Source of the DNA: Torpedo marmorata
Lineage: Eukaryota
Direction of reading: 5' to 3'
Length of the DNA: 64,000 nucleotides
Assembly (NCBI GenBank): GCA_977017645.1
Contig: OZ360219.1
Location: 179,552,001 to 179,616,000, forward strand
Position 1 is the stretch's first letter. The number at the start of each line of letters is the position of its first letter. Both the position numbers and the translations under genes were made by a program. A model generated the notes under the pieces. It did no database searches and was not told the DNA's origin. It saw only the letters and a program-made list of their open reading frames with translations. Positions 47,737 through 61,763 of the stretch are shown here, piece by piece.

Positions 47737-50259
47737 ATTGTGATAGTCTTCTGCAAATGTAACAGAATTGTGTCCCTTTTTAAAAGTTTCACAGCTTTAA
47801 TTTAAGATCTGAATTTAAAAGATAATCATCTGTAAACTTAACAGAATTTTTCCAATCATCCCTTTCTCTCTCAGACTCCCTTTGTATCTCTTGTCTCCTT
47901 TGTCTAAGCTTCTCTAACTCTAGCTCAAACTGTCTTTGCCTTTCTGTTTCCTCTCTTTGTTTTTCAGCCTCATCCACCTGAATTCTCAGTATATCTAACT
48001 CATACTGTTCTTTCTCTCTCTTACACTCAATTCTAATTTTTTCTAACTCCATCTTTCTCAGCTGTAACTACTGCTCAAGAGATTTACTCTCAGGAAGTTG
48101 TTTCACCCTCTGCAAATCTGCAGAGCTTCGCAATGCCCAAAAGTTAACAAAACCCATTGCTGCTGTTTTGTTTACACACACACAAGCCTTTTAATTGGCT
48201 TTCAAAAAGAAATTTAACCAAACAAATTGAAAATTAATTGATCAAATAAGCTCTAATTAAGCTCAGAATTTTGGTCAAATCCCGACCAAAACCTTGCTAG
48301 TACTAACAAAGGAACAGCAATGGAAAATTCACCAGACACTGGTAAATTAAAAATAATAGTTTTTATTAAACTATTAATAACATAACATTTCTTACTTATC
48401 TCTAAACCTAACTCTAACTTAAACCCCACTATGTGCAAATGTAAATGTGTGTGTGTTAAAGTCCAAACTATTTCAGTTTAAACTTGAGTCTGAAAAGTCA
48501 ATTTTAAAGTCCAGTTTCAAACTTGTTGTTGAACTTCAGTATCTTTTTAAATTGTGGTTCAGAAGTAATTATAAAGCAAGGGTGAAGCACCCAATTTCTT
48601 TCAAACTCACATGTCATTTGATGAATTGTCTTTCAGAGAGATATTCTTCTTCATGCGAGTGATTTCACAAACTTGACTAAGAGTTCCGGAGTCTGTTTTT
48701 CACGATGATTTCTTTCTTAATCGAAAGTAACACACGAGGCTGCCCTCTTTTCTTAGAGGCAGTCGGAAGTGGTCTTACTTATTTAAAAGCCACTTATGTT
48801 GTGTATCTCCTATGATAAGGATGATACAAGACAGAACAGCATCTGCCTCTCTTTCCAGAGATTACTGCTCCAATCCTGTCTTTCCAGGATGTCAAATTTT
48901 CTTAAACTCCCCTTTGTCTCTAAGTTCGATAATATATTTCTTGCACATCTCTCATGTCACATGGTATATGACATCATTTCTGTCTTTGAAGTTCATAATG
49001 TCTTCTTCACACTTATGTGCTAAAAGCATCTCAGTCCACTTAGACTCCGTGATGTCTACCCACATGGACACAGAATGGATCTGCGTTTACACAGCTGCTT
49101 CTGAGCTAACACCTATTGTTTTCAGTATCTCAAGAACCATCATAAAGCCTTCCATCTCTTGGCTTCACTGCAATCAGCAGACATTCTCTCTCTGCAAATG
49201 GCTATCTGCCATCTCAAAGAACCATGTGTGTTTAAAATGCAAATGTGTTATCTTTGTGCCCCTGAAACCACCCAAAACTAACTTACTAAGCCATCTCTAG
49301 ATGAAATATAGTTTTAACATTAAACTAAAGATTATTCATAGCACATTCATCACAGGTGCAAGAGTAACAACCTGAGTCTCAACGTGGACAAGACAAAGGA
49401 AATGATCGTGGACTTCAGGAGGACCAGGAACGACCACCTTCCACTACACATTAATAACTCGCTAGTGGAGAGAGTAGAGAGCACCAGGTTCCTTTGAGTC
49501 CACTTCAGAAGTGACCTATCCTGGACAAACAATATATTCTCACTTGTCAGGAAGGCCAAACAGCGACTACACATCCTGAGAAGACAGAAGCGGGCAAGAC
49601 TACTAGCTCCATTGTGTCAACCTTCTACAGGAACTCTATCAAGTGCGTCCTGGCTGGCTGCATCACAGTGTGGTACGGTTGCGGCAGAGAATTGGATTAG
49701 ATGGCAATCTGCAGGACCATAAGAGTTGCAGAGAGGATCACTGGAGTCTCCCTCCCCCCCATTGACGTGATCTACTGGGATCGTTGTCTGAAGAGGGCTC
49801 AACAAATCGTTGAGAACCCTTTCCACCCCGCCCACAGCATCTTTCAGCTGCTCCCATTGGGTTAGAGATACAGGAGTATCGGAGCCAGTATAGCCAGACT
49901 GAGGAACATTTTCTTACCATGGGCAGTGAGAATGCTGAATGACCGAAGGAGCTACTCATACTAACCATCCGAGACTCTCATTTGTACAAAACAATATTTA
50001 TTTATTTATTTGTATCTATGAATACTTGTCCTGCATATGTATTGTTTGTCCGTATGTGTGTTATGTCTGGTTGTGTATCTGCATGTTTTGCACCGAGGAC
50101 CGGAGAACTCTGTTTTGTCGGGTTGTACTTCTGCAATCAGATGATAACAAACTTGACTTGAAATAATAGGAGTCTGACACAGCTGTCCTTGTTATCTCGG
50201 TGTTCCAGTGCAGAGTGTAAGACCTAGGAGATGGTGTGTGCTGTTTACCGCTTGCGTCT

Positions 50260-51140
50260 TGTGGACAGTGAAGAAGGTTTTCAAAGCTTGCAGAGGGATC
50301 TGGACCATCTAGAAAAATGGGCTGAAAAATGGCAGATGAAATTGAATGCAATTGTGAGGTGTTGCATTTTGGAAGGACAAACCAAGAAAGGACATACATG
50401 GTAAATGGTAGGGCACTGAGGAGTGCGTTAGAACAGAGGGATCTGGGAATACAGATACATATAATTCCCTGAAAGTGGCGTCACAGGTAGGTAGGGTAGA
50501 AAAGAGAATTTTTGGCACATTGGCCTTCATAAATCAAAGTATTGAGTATAGGAGTTGGAATGGTAAAGTTGTATAAGAGATTGGTGAGGCCAAATTTGGA
50601 GTATTGTGTGCAGTTTTGGTCACCTAACTACAGGAAAGATATCAATAAGATAGAAAGAGTGTAGAGAAGATTTACTAGGATGTTGCCCGGACTTCAGGAA
50701 CTGAGTACAGGGAAAGATTAAACAGGTTAGGACTTTATTCCCTGGAGCATAGAAGAATGAGGGAAGATTTGATAGAGGTATTTAAAATTATGAGGGAGAT
50801 AGGCAGAGTAAATACAGGTAGGCATTTTCCACTGAGGGTAGGTGAGATACAAACCAGAGGACATGGGTTAAGGGTGAAAGGGGAAATGTTTAGGGGTAAC
50901 ATCAGAGGGAACTTCTTTACACAGAGAGTGGTGGGAGTGTGGAACGAGCTGCCAGCTGAGGTGGTGAATGCGGGCTCAATTTTAACATTTAAGAAGAATT
51001 TGGACAGGTACATGGATGGGAGAGGTATTAAGGGCTACGGACTGGGTGCAGGTCAGTGGGACTAGGCAGAAAAATGGTTCAGTACGGACTAGAAGGGCCG
51101 AAGGGGCCTGGTTCTCTGCTGTAATGTTCTATGGTTCTAT
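50260..51140 (+). mobile_element. CR1 LINE 3' portion
   Basis: EGFQSLQRDLD.LEKWAEKWQM ... EDLIEVFKIM ... GNFFTQRVVGVWNELP; tail ttctatggttctat. Confidence 0.9.
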
Positions 51141-52519
51141 AAATTGTCATGGATCAAGGTTCTCTGGAAGGCTGATTGTGAGCCATGACCAATCTGTGAA
51201 AGCACTTCATGATGATGGATGTCAGGACCACTAGGCACTAATCATATAGGCATGTTACCTTGTTTTTCATTGATACTGAGATGAGAGCGATCTTCTTAAA
51301 ACAAGTGGAAACATAATCTCACAACCACCAATCTCACCTCCATGGTTTTAACCACCTCCAACCCTCCCTTGATCCATCTGTTAATGGGACCCTCGTTAAT
51401 GGCTCAATCACCGAAAACTGGATTATTCCATCACTTCCGAGGGACCTTCTTCCATGAACTTCCCTTGAAAAGCTTTTCTGCCGGAACATGGCTAGAATTA
51501 AATCCTGCTTTCCCATTATCCCTGGCCTATGTTGGCTCCCAACCTTCCAATGTTTCCTCTTTACCAGGAACAGGCGGTCACTTGGCCCTTCAAGCCTGCA
51601 CCTTCATTCAACATGATCTGCCCCAGGCTTCAATTCTTCTTCTCTCCCATTTTCCCAGAGACCACAACTCTCTGATCATTCAGAAACACAAGAATACAAG
51701 GACATATCAAATCAGACATTTCTGAGTGCTGCACCTGCACCTTCCCAGTCTCGGCTGCCTGACATGTGGTGTCTAGAAGGATGATACCTGTACTTATAAA
51801 GTCAACCCTTGAATTTCCTAGCTAAAACAGTCAAGTCACAATTGCAGGTTGGTACAAGTTGCAAAGCCATCAGCTCATTAATCATCCATCAGACTTCATG
51901 CGACAGAGAGAAATGTGAGTCAAAACATAACATCAAGACCTGATATATGGGAAAATATTAGAACCCATTGCATTCCTCCAGGAGTTAATGAATTCTTTGT
52001 ACCTTCTCTATTTAACCCTTAAAACACTGCTTCTACTGTGTGCACTTTGAAAGTTGAATGTTTTTTTTGAAAAAGGAAACATTGAGAACATCCTTCACAT
52101 TCTCTCCAATGTTCAAACCAACTTTGTACAACTGGTATACCTTGTCCGCTGTTGCCCAGTTTTCCTGAGTGATTTTATCTCTGTTTTTTTATCCATAAAT
52201 TGCCCTGTAGCATTCAAAGTAAAACTTCAATCATCTGGCTTCTGGTTGTTCAGATTGTCTGATGGTTTTGCAACTGGCTCGCTCGTGAGTCTGGAATGTC
52301 ATCTAGGGATCTAGGGTGTATCTGGGGCCGGGGTCCAGACTATGGTCTGATGTTCAGATAGAGATGGGATTAGAGTTCGGAACACCAGTGTGGGGAATGT
52401 GGATAGATTTGCGACGGGATTCAAGGTCTGCAGTGCATGCTTATTTTATACTGCCTTTAAGCTCACTAGGTTCCCCAGGAATCTGTTATCCTACTGTCTG
52501 CGTGACATGTAAAAAAAGT

Positions 52520-55500
52520 GAAATATTCCAATCTTTGCCGATAGGAGTTCCTACAATAGCATTTAAAGCTCTTGACAAATTGATATCAAAGATTCGTATG
52601 GCAAAATAAAAAACCCAGAGTTAGACTTAAGACTTTGTTATTGTCAAAACAAAAAGGGGGCCTTTATTTGCCCAACATTATTACTACTGGGCAGCACAGC
52701 TGAGGACCCTGATAACATGGATAACAAATGATATAGAAACGGATTGGGTGAGTATAGAACAAAATTCATGCCCTAGTATTTCTCTGGAAGGGCTACAAGC
52801 AGAGACTGAAGACCACAGCACCAGTGGTGAGGACGGCAAAAGTATGGTCGAGGGAGGCGGAGGAGCGTCTGCAGGACTGCTTTGAATCGGTGGACTGGAA
52901 CATATTCAAGAACTCATCCAAGACCTAAATGAATATGCAACAGGTGTCACCGAATTCATCAAGACCTGCGTGGATGAGTGTGTGCCCACGCGCAAATACC
53001 GGGTGTTCCCCAACCAGAAGCCCTGGATGAATCAGAGAATTCGCAACCTTCTGAGGGCGAGAACAAGGGCGTTTAAGGCCGGGGATCGGGATCTTTACAA
53101 GAAGTACAGGCATGACCTGCGGAAGGCCATCTCTGAAGCAAAGTGGCAATTTCGGAGGAAGCTTGAGACAGAGACAGATACACGCCAGCTATGGCAGGGA
53201 GTGCAGGCCATTACAGCCTACAAAGCGAAGGCGAACACTATAGATGGCTGTGATGCTTCACTACACGATGAGCTGAACACCTTCTATGCCTGCTTTGAGA
53301 AGAAGAACAAAACAGTGCCTACCAGAATCCCTGAAAAGGCTGAGGACCCTGTGATATCTGTCTCTGAGGGCAACGTCAGAACATCATTCTAGAGGGTGAA
53401 CCCGAGCAAGGCGTCAGGCCCTGACGGAGTACCTGGCAGGGTACTGAAAATCTGCACCAACCAACTAGCCGGAGTGTTCACGGACATTTTCAACCTCGCA
53501 TTGCGGCAGTCAGAGGTTCCCACCTGCTTCAAAAGGGCATCAATCATCCCGGTACCCAAGAAGAGTAGTGTGAGCTGCCTCAACGACTACCGCCCAGTAG
53601 CACTAACTTCTACTGTGATGAAATGCTTTGAGAGGCTGGTCATGGCCAGAATTAACACGTAACTAAGCAAAGGTTTGGACCCACTGCAATTCACCTATCG
53701 TCGCAATCGCTCCACAGCAGATGCAATATCGCTGGCTCTCCACTCGGCTATGGATCACCTCGAAAACAGCAATTCATACATACGGCTGCTCTTCATCGAC
53801 TAAAGCTCGGCCTTCAATACCATTATTCCCTCAGTGCTGGTCAAGAAGCTACAAACTCTAGGCCTCTGTACCCCCCTCTGCAACTGGATCCTTGACTTTC
53901 TCATTGGAAGACCACAGTCAGTATGAATTGGAAACAACGTCTCCTCCTCACTGATTAACAACACAGGCGCACCCCAAGGATGTGTGCTTAGCCCACTACT
54001 CTACTCGTTATACACCCATGACTGTGTGGCCAGGCACAATTCCAATGCCATCTACAAGTTTGCCGATGACACCACAGTTGTCGGCAGAATCACAAACGGC
54101 AATGAGATAGATAAGCTCGTTGAATGGTGTAACGACAACAACCTTGCGCTCAACGTCAGCAAAACCAAGAAAATGATTGTGGACTTCAGGAGGAAGTCAG
54201 GAGAACATGACCCAGTCCTCATTGAGGGCTCAGTAGTGGAGAGGGTCAAGAACTTCAAATTCCTGGGTGTCAACATCTCTAAGGATCTGTCCTGGAGCCT
54301 CCACGTTGATGCAATCACAAAGAAGGCTCGCCAGCGGCTATACTTTGTGAGGTGTCTGAGGAGATTCGGTATGTCACCGAAGACTCTCGTAAACTTCTAC
54401 AGCCAGAGCATTCTGGCTGGTTGCATCACTGCCTGGTATGGAGGCGCCAACTCTCAGGACAAGAATAAACTCCAGAGGGTTGTTAACTCGGCCTGTGACA
54501 TCACAGGCACCAGACTTCACTCCATCGAGGATATTTACATGAGGCGGTGTCTTAAAAAAGCAGCCTCTATCCTCAAAAACCCACACCACCCAGGCCATGC
54601 CCTCTTCACTCTGCTACCATTGGGAAAAAGGTACAGGAGCCTAAAGACGAGCACTCAACGGCACAAGGACAGCTTCTTCCCCGCTGCCATCAGATTCCTG
54701 AATAATCAATGAACCAAAGACACTGTCTTACTTTTCGTGCCCTATTATTTATATTTTCTTTATAGTAATGTCGTAAGATGGTTATAATATGAATGTTTGC
54801 ACTATGATGCTGCCGCAAAACACCGAATTTCATGACTTGTTCATGACAATCAATTCCTATTCTGAAATTCTGATTCTGATTCCTAAGCCAAGCAAATTGG
54901 AAGAAATTAAAAATAGATAATGAATGGATTAATTTCACAATGAAAACTTGGTTGGCTATTAGATAACAACGAAACCTTTTTATATCCAGAGCATTAAAAA
55001 TAGTAGCTATCCCAGAATTCCTACCTGGAAAAGTAGATGACGGCTTTAGAAAATGGGCGGATAAAGGGCCAACTATTGTGGATCAGCTTTTTTGTGGGGA
55101 AACTTTAAAATCATATGAACATCTTCAGATAGAATTTGGTTTGTCAGGGATGGATTTTCTTCAAGTGCGGCGCTACTTACAGACACATGCAGATTTGGAG
55201 CAGATATGTAAAAAAACATCTACACTAGAAAAGATTTTAATGCTGACTATGGTGGGAGTGATAAAGAAGAACCTGATAGCTCACTTATACAGATGGCTTC
55301 AAGATAACCTAACAGGAAATACTATGGAAATAAAACAGAAATGGGAATTAGAAATGAATATTTGTATTACAGATGAAATGTGGGAAAAGACATGCCTTGA
55401 TGGTCACAAGTTAACAAGTAGCCCAACCTGGAGGGAGTTTGAATGGAAAATTAAAATGAGAGTATTTAAGACTCCTCAGGTGTTGGCGAGATACAGTAGC

Positions 55501-56309
55501 ACCTCAGAATTATGCTGGAGAGAATGCGGGAAGATTGGCGATCATACCCATAATTTTTGGGACTGTCCCAAACTATATCAAGATTGGAGAGATATTCAGG
55601 TGGAATTTAAGCAAATCATGGGGGTAGACCTACCTTTGGAGCCAGCATATTTTATATTGGGAGTGACTCCAGAGGATATAGATACCAAAAACCAGGCATG
55701 GTTACTTGGGGTGTTGCTGTTGATCGCAAAGAAGATGATTACAGTATTGTGGAGAAATGTAAAACCACCAACTGTCCCACCAAATGGAGGGAAAGATTAA
55801 AAAGTGTATATTTGATGGCAAGCATAACAGCTAAACTGCAACTAAGGACTGATGATTTCAACATCAAGTGGTCACCGGTAATACCACAATTACCAAGATT
55901 GATTAAGGATATAACCTCTCCGTAATCTCAGTGGTGGGGAGGAGTTCGACCGGTGCACTCTACATGTAATTGGAGTAATGTATACAGATGAGATTGTGAT
56001 TGTATACAAGTGCATATATAGTGATGACACAGTGATAAATTCAATAAGATTTACTCTGACACTCTCCTATTTAAGTTCAAAAGTGTCACAATGGGCATAT
56101 GAAGAAGTGTATGGTTAAGTATATAGGTGACTGCATATTGGTTAGAATAAGGTTAATTGGGTGCCCAAATCTGTGATGCTTCTCTGAACAGAACTCGAAT
56201 AAGATAGATTGATGCATTGTATACATCTGTTATGTGATCTATGTATTTGGTTTGTATGCTCACATGATATGACTGCAGATGGAAATAAAAGTTAAGTTCC
56301 AAAAAAAAA
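52520..56309 (+). mobile_element. L1-clade LINE 3' portion, split by Rex1 at about 52808-54881
   Basis: IFQSLPI..., WQNKKPRVRLKTL..KGGLYLPN, YYWAAQL before the insertion; KQKWELEM, CWRECG..H.FWDC after it; AATAAA and A-tail at 56284-56309. Confidence 0.85.
52808..54881 (+). mobile_element. 5'-truncated Rex1/Babar LINE with RT region and CTGATT tail
   Basis: [37 protein letters not shown]; several in-frame stops. Confidence 0.92.
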
Positions 56310-57395
56310 GTGAATTTGGGTATTAACAGGAGTAACATCAATAGTTGAACAGATTTCTAATTCGGCACTACCAAAGTCCCAAATGGTGCCAGATTATCAG
56401 AATTTTACTTTGGCATCGTGTTCAGTGCGGACGTGGTCTGCTCAAGGGCCTGTTCCTGTGCTGGACTGTTATTCTACATTCTATGGACCCTCCCTCCCCT
56501 GGGCCAGATTGCTAAGTCTTAGTTGTTCTAATTCTGATGATGTCACTCTACAGTCATCATCGTTGATACGTTGTGGGACAGGCTGAGTAGTCCAGGGCTC
56601 TGAGCTGTTTTAAATCATTGCCCTCTGAACTGGGTTTGGTTCTCCAGGGTTGGAGCTGCTATACTTAGAGTTGGGTGACCCCAGTGCATTGTTGGCTTTA
56701 AGGTCTGGAGAACTAACTGACCAGCGATTGACCCATTGATGAGTGTTTTTAGCCACAACAGCAGCTGCACTTCTAGCTGTGACACTGTTTCTAATTAAAC
56801 CAATCCACCTTTTATTCTTGACTCTACTATTATCTCGAGGCTATCTCCATTTAAAAGGAACTCTCAAGAAAGATGAGTCATCATGGAATCTGGAGATCCA
56901 GGGAGAATAATCACCACATGTATCCCTGAGTGTCATGTACTCAAAGGTTGCTCAACAGGAATGGACAGTTTTGCCATTCGAACCATAGAACATTACAGCA
57001 CAGAAACAGGCCTCTTCGGCCCTTCTATTCTGTGCCAAACCTTTTTATTTTTGCCTAGTCCCACTGACCTGCACTCAATCCATAGCCCTCCATACCTCTC
57101 CCATCCATGTACCTGACCAAATTCCTCTTAAATGTTAAAATTGAGCCGCATTCACCATTTCAGCTGGAAGCTCGTTCCACACCCCCACCACTCTCTGTGT
57201 GAAGAAGTTCCCCCTCATGTTCCCCCAAAACTTTTCCCCTTTCACTCTTAACCTATGTCCTCTGGTTTGTATCTCACCTACCCTCAGTGGTAAAAGTCTA
57301 TCTACATTTACTCTGTCTATCCCCTCATAATTTTAAATACCTCTATCAAATCTCCCCTCATTCTTCTATGCTCCAGAGAATAAAGTCCTAACCTG

Positions 57396-60300
57396 TGATG
57401 AGCCCATCAATAACTTCAAAAGACTAGAAGTTGTACTTGAACTGAAAGGCTTTTATCAGCAAAAGAATGGAGCTACATCTGTGCTGGTAATCTGTCCTGG
57501 ACTGGGGGAGGAGTGGTGGCACAATGGCCTTTATTCAGGGGGTATGTGGGAGGAGCCACTGGGACAGTCAGCAGAGGGCATGTCCAGACATATCACCCAG
57601 CCACAACCTATACAAAGTGGTTTACCACATTCACCCCTCCTTTTAAAAGAGTCCCACGGGGTGAAGAGTGTAACAATATTTACAAAGAAATTACAAATTA
57701 CAGGTCGAGTCGATCAGGCGGTCGAGTCCGCCGCTGTGATCGGCGCAGTACTTGTGGTGATGGGGCAGGTAGCAGTGCTGCCTCCTGCCTGATTTGGGGT
57801 ACCAGCACGTCTGGCGTCCGCAAAACTTCGTGTGTGTATGCCAGTAAAGGGGTCTCGTTTGGTGTCAGGTTTGAATTGGGTGGTGCCTCCTGTGTGACTC
57901 TAATGGTAGGTGCGGGTGTGACAGTAACCATGGGGTGTTCGGGGGCGGGCACAAGTGCTCCTGCAGGTGCCAGGTCCCGGATAGAGACCGTGTCTTCCCG
58001 CCCATCAGGAAATCCACGTTAGCGTACTGGGGGTTCACATGTAGTAGTTGAACCCTCTCGACCATCATTGCTCCTGACATGTTTCCGGAGCAGCACTGGC
58101 CCTGAGGATGTCAGCCATGCTGGCAGGGTTATCCCGGTGGTCGACTTCCTGGGGAAGGAAAAGAGTCTCTCATGAGGGGTGGCATTGGTGGATGTGCATA
58201 GCAGGGAGCGGATGGAGTGGAGTGCCTCGGGAAGGACTTCTTGCCAGCGGGAGACTGGTAATCCCTTAGACCTGAGGGCTAAGAGTGTGGCCTTCCAGAC
58301 CGTGGCGTTCTCCCTCTCCACTTGTCCTTTCCCCCGGGGGTTATAGCTCGTGGTCCTGCTATTCACGATACCCCTGGCCAGCAGGTATTGGCACAGCTCG
58401 TCACTCATAAACGAGGACCCTCGGTCGCTATGGATATAGCAGGGGTATCCAAACAATGTGAAGAGTTTGCGTAGTGCTTTTATGACCGAAGTGGTAGTGG
58501 TATCGGGGCAGGGAATGGCGAAAGGGAACCGCGAGTACTCGTCAATGACGTTGAGAAAGTACACATTGTAGTCAGTGGAGGGGAGGGGGCCCTTAAAGTC
58601 GACGCTCAGTCGCTCGAATGGGCGGGTTGCTTTTATCAATTGTGCCTTGTCAGGTCGGTAGAAGTGTGGTTTGCACTCTGCGCAGACTTGGCAGCTCCCA
58701 GTCATCGTCCTGACCTCTTTCAGGGAGTACAAAGTGGAAAGGCCGCAGTGGAGGACGTATAACCGGTTGATCTGTGCGCTGGCGCACGTCCCCCGGGATA
58801 GAGCATCAGAGGGCTCGTTGAGCTTCCCGGGCCGGTACATGATATCATAGTTGTAGGTGGAGAGTTCGATTCTCCACCTCAGGATTTTATCGTTTTTGAT
58901 TTTACCCCACTGCTGGTTGCTAAACATAAATGCGACTGAGCGGTGGTCAGTCAGCAGGGTAAACCTCTTGCCGGCGAGATAGTGCCTCCAGTGTCTGATA
59001 GCTTCCACTACAGCCTGGGCCTCTTTCTCCACCGCTGAGTGCCAAATTTCTGGGATTTGAAGGGGACGGGAGAAAAACGCCACCGGTCTTCCCGCCTGGT
59101 TGAGGGTAGCAGCCAGTGCGAAGTTGGACGCGTCGCTCTCCACCGCGTGCATTGATGCTCTGGCAATGTCCCCTTTTATGAGGCTGAAGGCCTCGCGTGC
59201 CTCAGCTGCGAGGGGAAAAGTGGTGGACTTGACTAGGAGGCAGGCCTTGTCCGCATAATTAGGGAACCATTGTGCATAGTACGAAAAGAAGCCCAAGCAC
59301 CTTTCAAGGGCTCTGAGGATGTGGGGAAGCGGTAGTTCCAGCAGGGGGCGCATGCGGTCGGGGTCAGGGCCGATGACCCCATTCTCCACAACGCACCCCA
59401 GGATAGCGAGTCGGTTGGTTCCGAACACGCACTTATCCTTGTTATGGGTGAGATTAAGTGCTTTGGCCGCCTGGAGGAACTTCCGAAGATTGTTATCATG
59501 GTCCTGCCAGTCGTGACCGCAGATTGTAATGTTCTCTAGGTATGGGAACGTGCCTTTAATTTGCATTGGTCCACCATCCTGTCCATTGCCCACTGGAAGA
59601 CGGATACCTCATTTTTGACCCCGAAGGGGATACGCAGGAAGTGATAGAGCCTGCTATCTGCCTCGAAAGCGGTGTAGGGGCGGTCCTCCCGGCGGATGGG
59701 GAGCTGATGGTAGGCAGATTTGAGGTCTATGGTGGAGAATAACTTGTACTGAGCTATCTGGTTCACCATATCTGCAATGCGTGGTAGAGGGTACGCGTCA
59801 AGCTGTGTGAACCTATTGACGGTCTGACTATAATCTACCACCATCCTATTTTTCTCCCCATTCTTGATGACAACCACCTGGGCCCTTCAGGGACTCGTGC
59901 TCGCCTCAATGATCCCTTCCCCAAGTAACCGCTGCACCTCTGACTTAATGAATGCCCTGTCCCCTGCGCTGTATCTCCTGCTTTTGGTTGCTACGGGTTT
60001 ACAATCAGGGGTCAGATTGGCGAAAAGCGTTGGGGGCGGGATCTTGAGGGTGGGTAGGCCGCAAGTAGTGTGGTGTGACGAAATCCGTCTGCCGTTTTTG
60101 AGAAATTGGTGGTTACCGACAGTAATTGGTGGAAGGGGCCCGTCATACTCCATCGTCACACTTTGGAGGTGACTCTGGAATTCGAGCCCCAGTAGCACAG
60201 GGGCACACAGTCGGGGCATGACCAATAGCGTAAAGTCCTGATATTCAGTGTCCTGCACCACTAGCATCGCTACACAACCCCCCCCGGATGTCTGTTGTGT

Positions 60301-61763
60301 GCGACCCGGAAGCCATAGCAACCCTCTAACTTACCGGCTGTGTCTTGAGGCCGCATCGCTGTACCGTGTCTGGGTGGATGAAGCACTCTGTGCTGCCCGT
60401 GTCGAACAGGCAGTTTGTCCTGTGTCCCTCGACCAGGATGTCCATCATCGACCTGCGAGTTGGTGGGGTGCACTCTGGTCGAGTGTAACAGATGTCAACG
60501 TTGAGTCGCTGTCTTGATCCGACGCGATGGAGTGCCTGGTGTTCTGGGATGGTGGCACCCTGTGTCGGCCCGATGGCGTTGAACAAAATGGCCGCTCCCA
60601 TTACTCGCACATGTTGGCCGCGGGTAAGTAAGATGGCGGCGACGGAAGTGACGACACGCAAGATGGCCGCCCCCATGTCTCGCACATGGTGGCGGCGGAC
60701 GGGCAAGATGGCGACGGCAACATTGGCGACACCCATGCCTCGCACGCGGCGCTACTCGATCCCGCTCGTGGTTTAAACCTACAGACCTTGGCGAAATGGC
60801 CTTTCTTCCTGTAACAGGAGCATGTCGCTTCTCGGGTGGGCAACGTTTCCGGGGGTGCTTTTAGAGTCCGCAGAAGTAGCATTTCTCGGACTCGTGGCTG
60901 ACAGCAGCTGTGGTCGATTCACCGGCGAGGTGTGGGATCTGCGGTATCCATGGAGCCGGCGGGAGATCGCGTGCCTGGATAGTGTCAGAGTTCTGCAATG
61001 CGGCCTCCAGTATATCAGCCAGCTCTATCGCCGAACGGAAGGTGAGGTCAGCTTGTTCCAGCAGCCGCTGGCACACGTACACCTACCTGGTCCCCGTAAC
61101 GAAAGCGTCTCTTACTAGGAGCTCTGCGTGTTGCTCGGCTGTCAATCCCTGGCAGTCGCAGGCCCGCACGAGTGTCTGTAGGACCCGGACGAACTCCGCG
61201 CTCAACTCCCCGGGCCGCTGCTGCCGCATCGCTAGTCAGTGTCGCGCGTATACCATATTAACAGGCTGTATATATTGTCTTTGAAGGGCATTCATGGCGT
61301 CTTCGTAAGTCTGCAGATCTCGGATCATGGAGTAGACCCGTGGGCTTTACACTAGAGAGAAGGACTTAGCGTTTTGCAGCGTCTTCTTGTACCTTGATCT
61401 CCTCCAGGAACGACTCAAAGCAGGCTAGCCAGAGTTCAAAAGCGTTGCCGGCCTCTGGTGTTTGTGCATCGAGGTTCAGCTTGTCTGGTCTTAAGACATT
61501 CTCCATGCTTACAATTTTGCTAATAAAATTGATGAGCCCATCAATAACTTCAAAAGACTATAAGTTGTACTTGAACTGAAAGGCTTTTATTAGCAAAAGA
61601 ATGGAGCTACATCCATGCTGGTGATCTGTCCTGGACTGGGGGAGGAGTGGTGGCACAATGGCCTTTATTCAGGGGGTCTGTGGGAGGAGCCACCGGGACA
61701 GTCAGCAGAGGGCATGTCCAGACATATCACCCAGCCACAACCTATACAAAGTGGTTAACCACA
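57396..61763 (-). mobile_element. Mag-like Ty3/Gypsy LTR retrotransposon, near full-length, frameshifted
   Basis: 234-bp LTRs 57396-57629 and 61530-61763; PPT AAAAGGAGGGGTGAA; gag from ATG at 61506 with two Cys/His knuckles, LFDTGS protease, RT (DYSQTVN..LDAYPLP; YLEN for YLDN), RNaseH (DASNFA), IN (VDFKGP, HSDRG). Confidence 0.94.
57698..61506 (-). pseudogene. gag-pol remnant of Gypsy 57396-61763
   Basis: Collinear ORF pieces 60861-61082, 60601-60882, 60326-60745, 59887-60321, 59536-59877, 58019-59593 and 57698-57952. Confidence 0.9.

Larger units (their letters stand above)
43349..49354 (-). mobile_element. Gmr1-like Gypsy LTR retrotransposon (integrase upstream of RT), decayed, most of gag/PR deleted
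   Basis: About 1.08-kb LTRs 43349-44432 and about 48289-49354; 4-bp TSD GGTG; PPT GGAAGGAGG; order gag remnant > IN (GHLG, DCVGPLP, SDQG, ERFH, GPY) > RT (YIDD) > RNaseH (DASEDAAG). Confidence 0.93.
42915..50162 (+). mobile_element. Rex1/Babar LINE fragment split by the Gmr1-like element (42915-43348 plus 49355-50162)
   Basis: [21 protein letters not shown]; the reading atatggtg|caagagtaacaacctgagtctcaacgtggacaag is restored once the insertion is removed. Confidence 0.88.
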
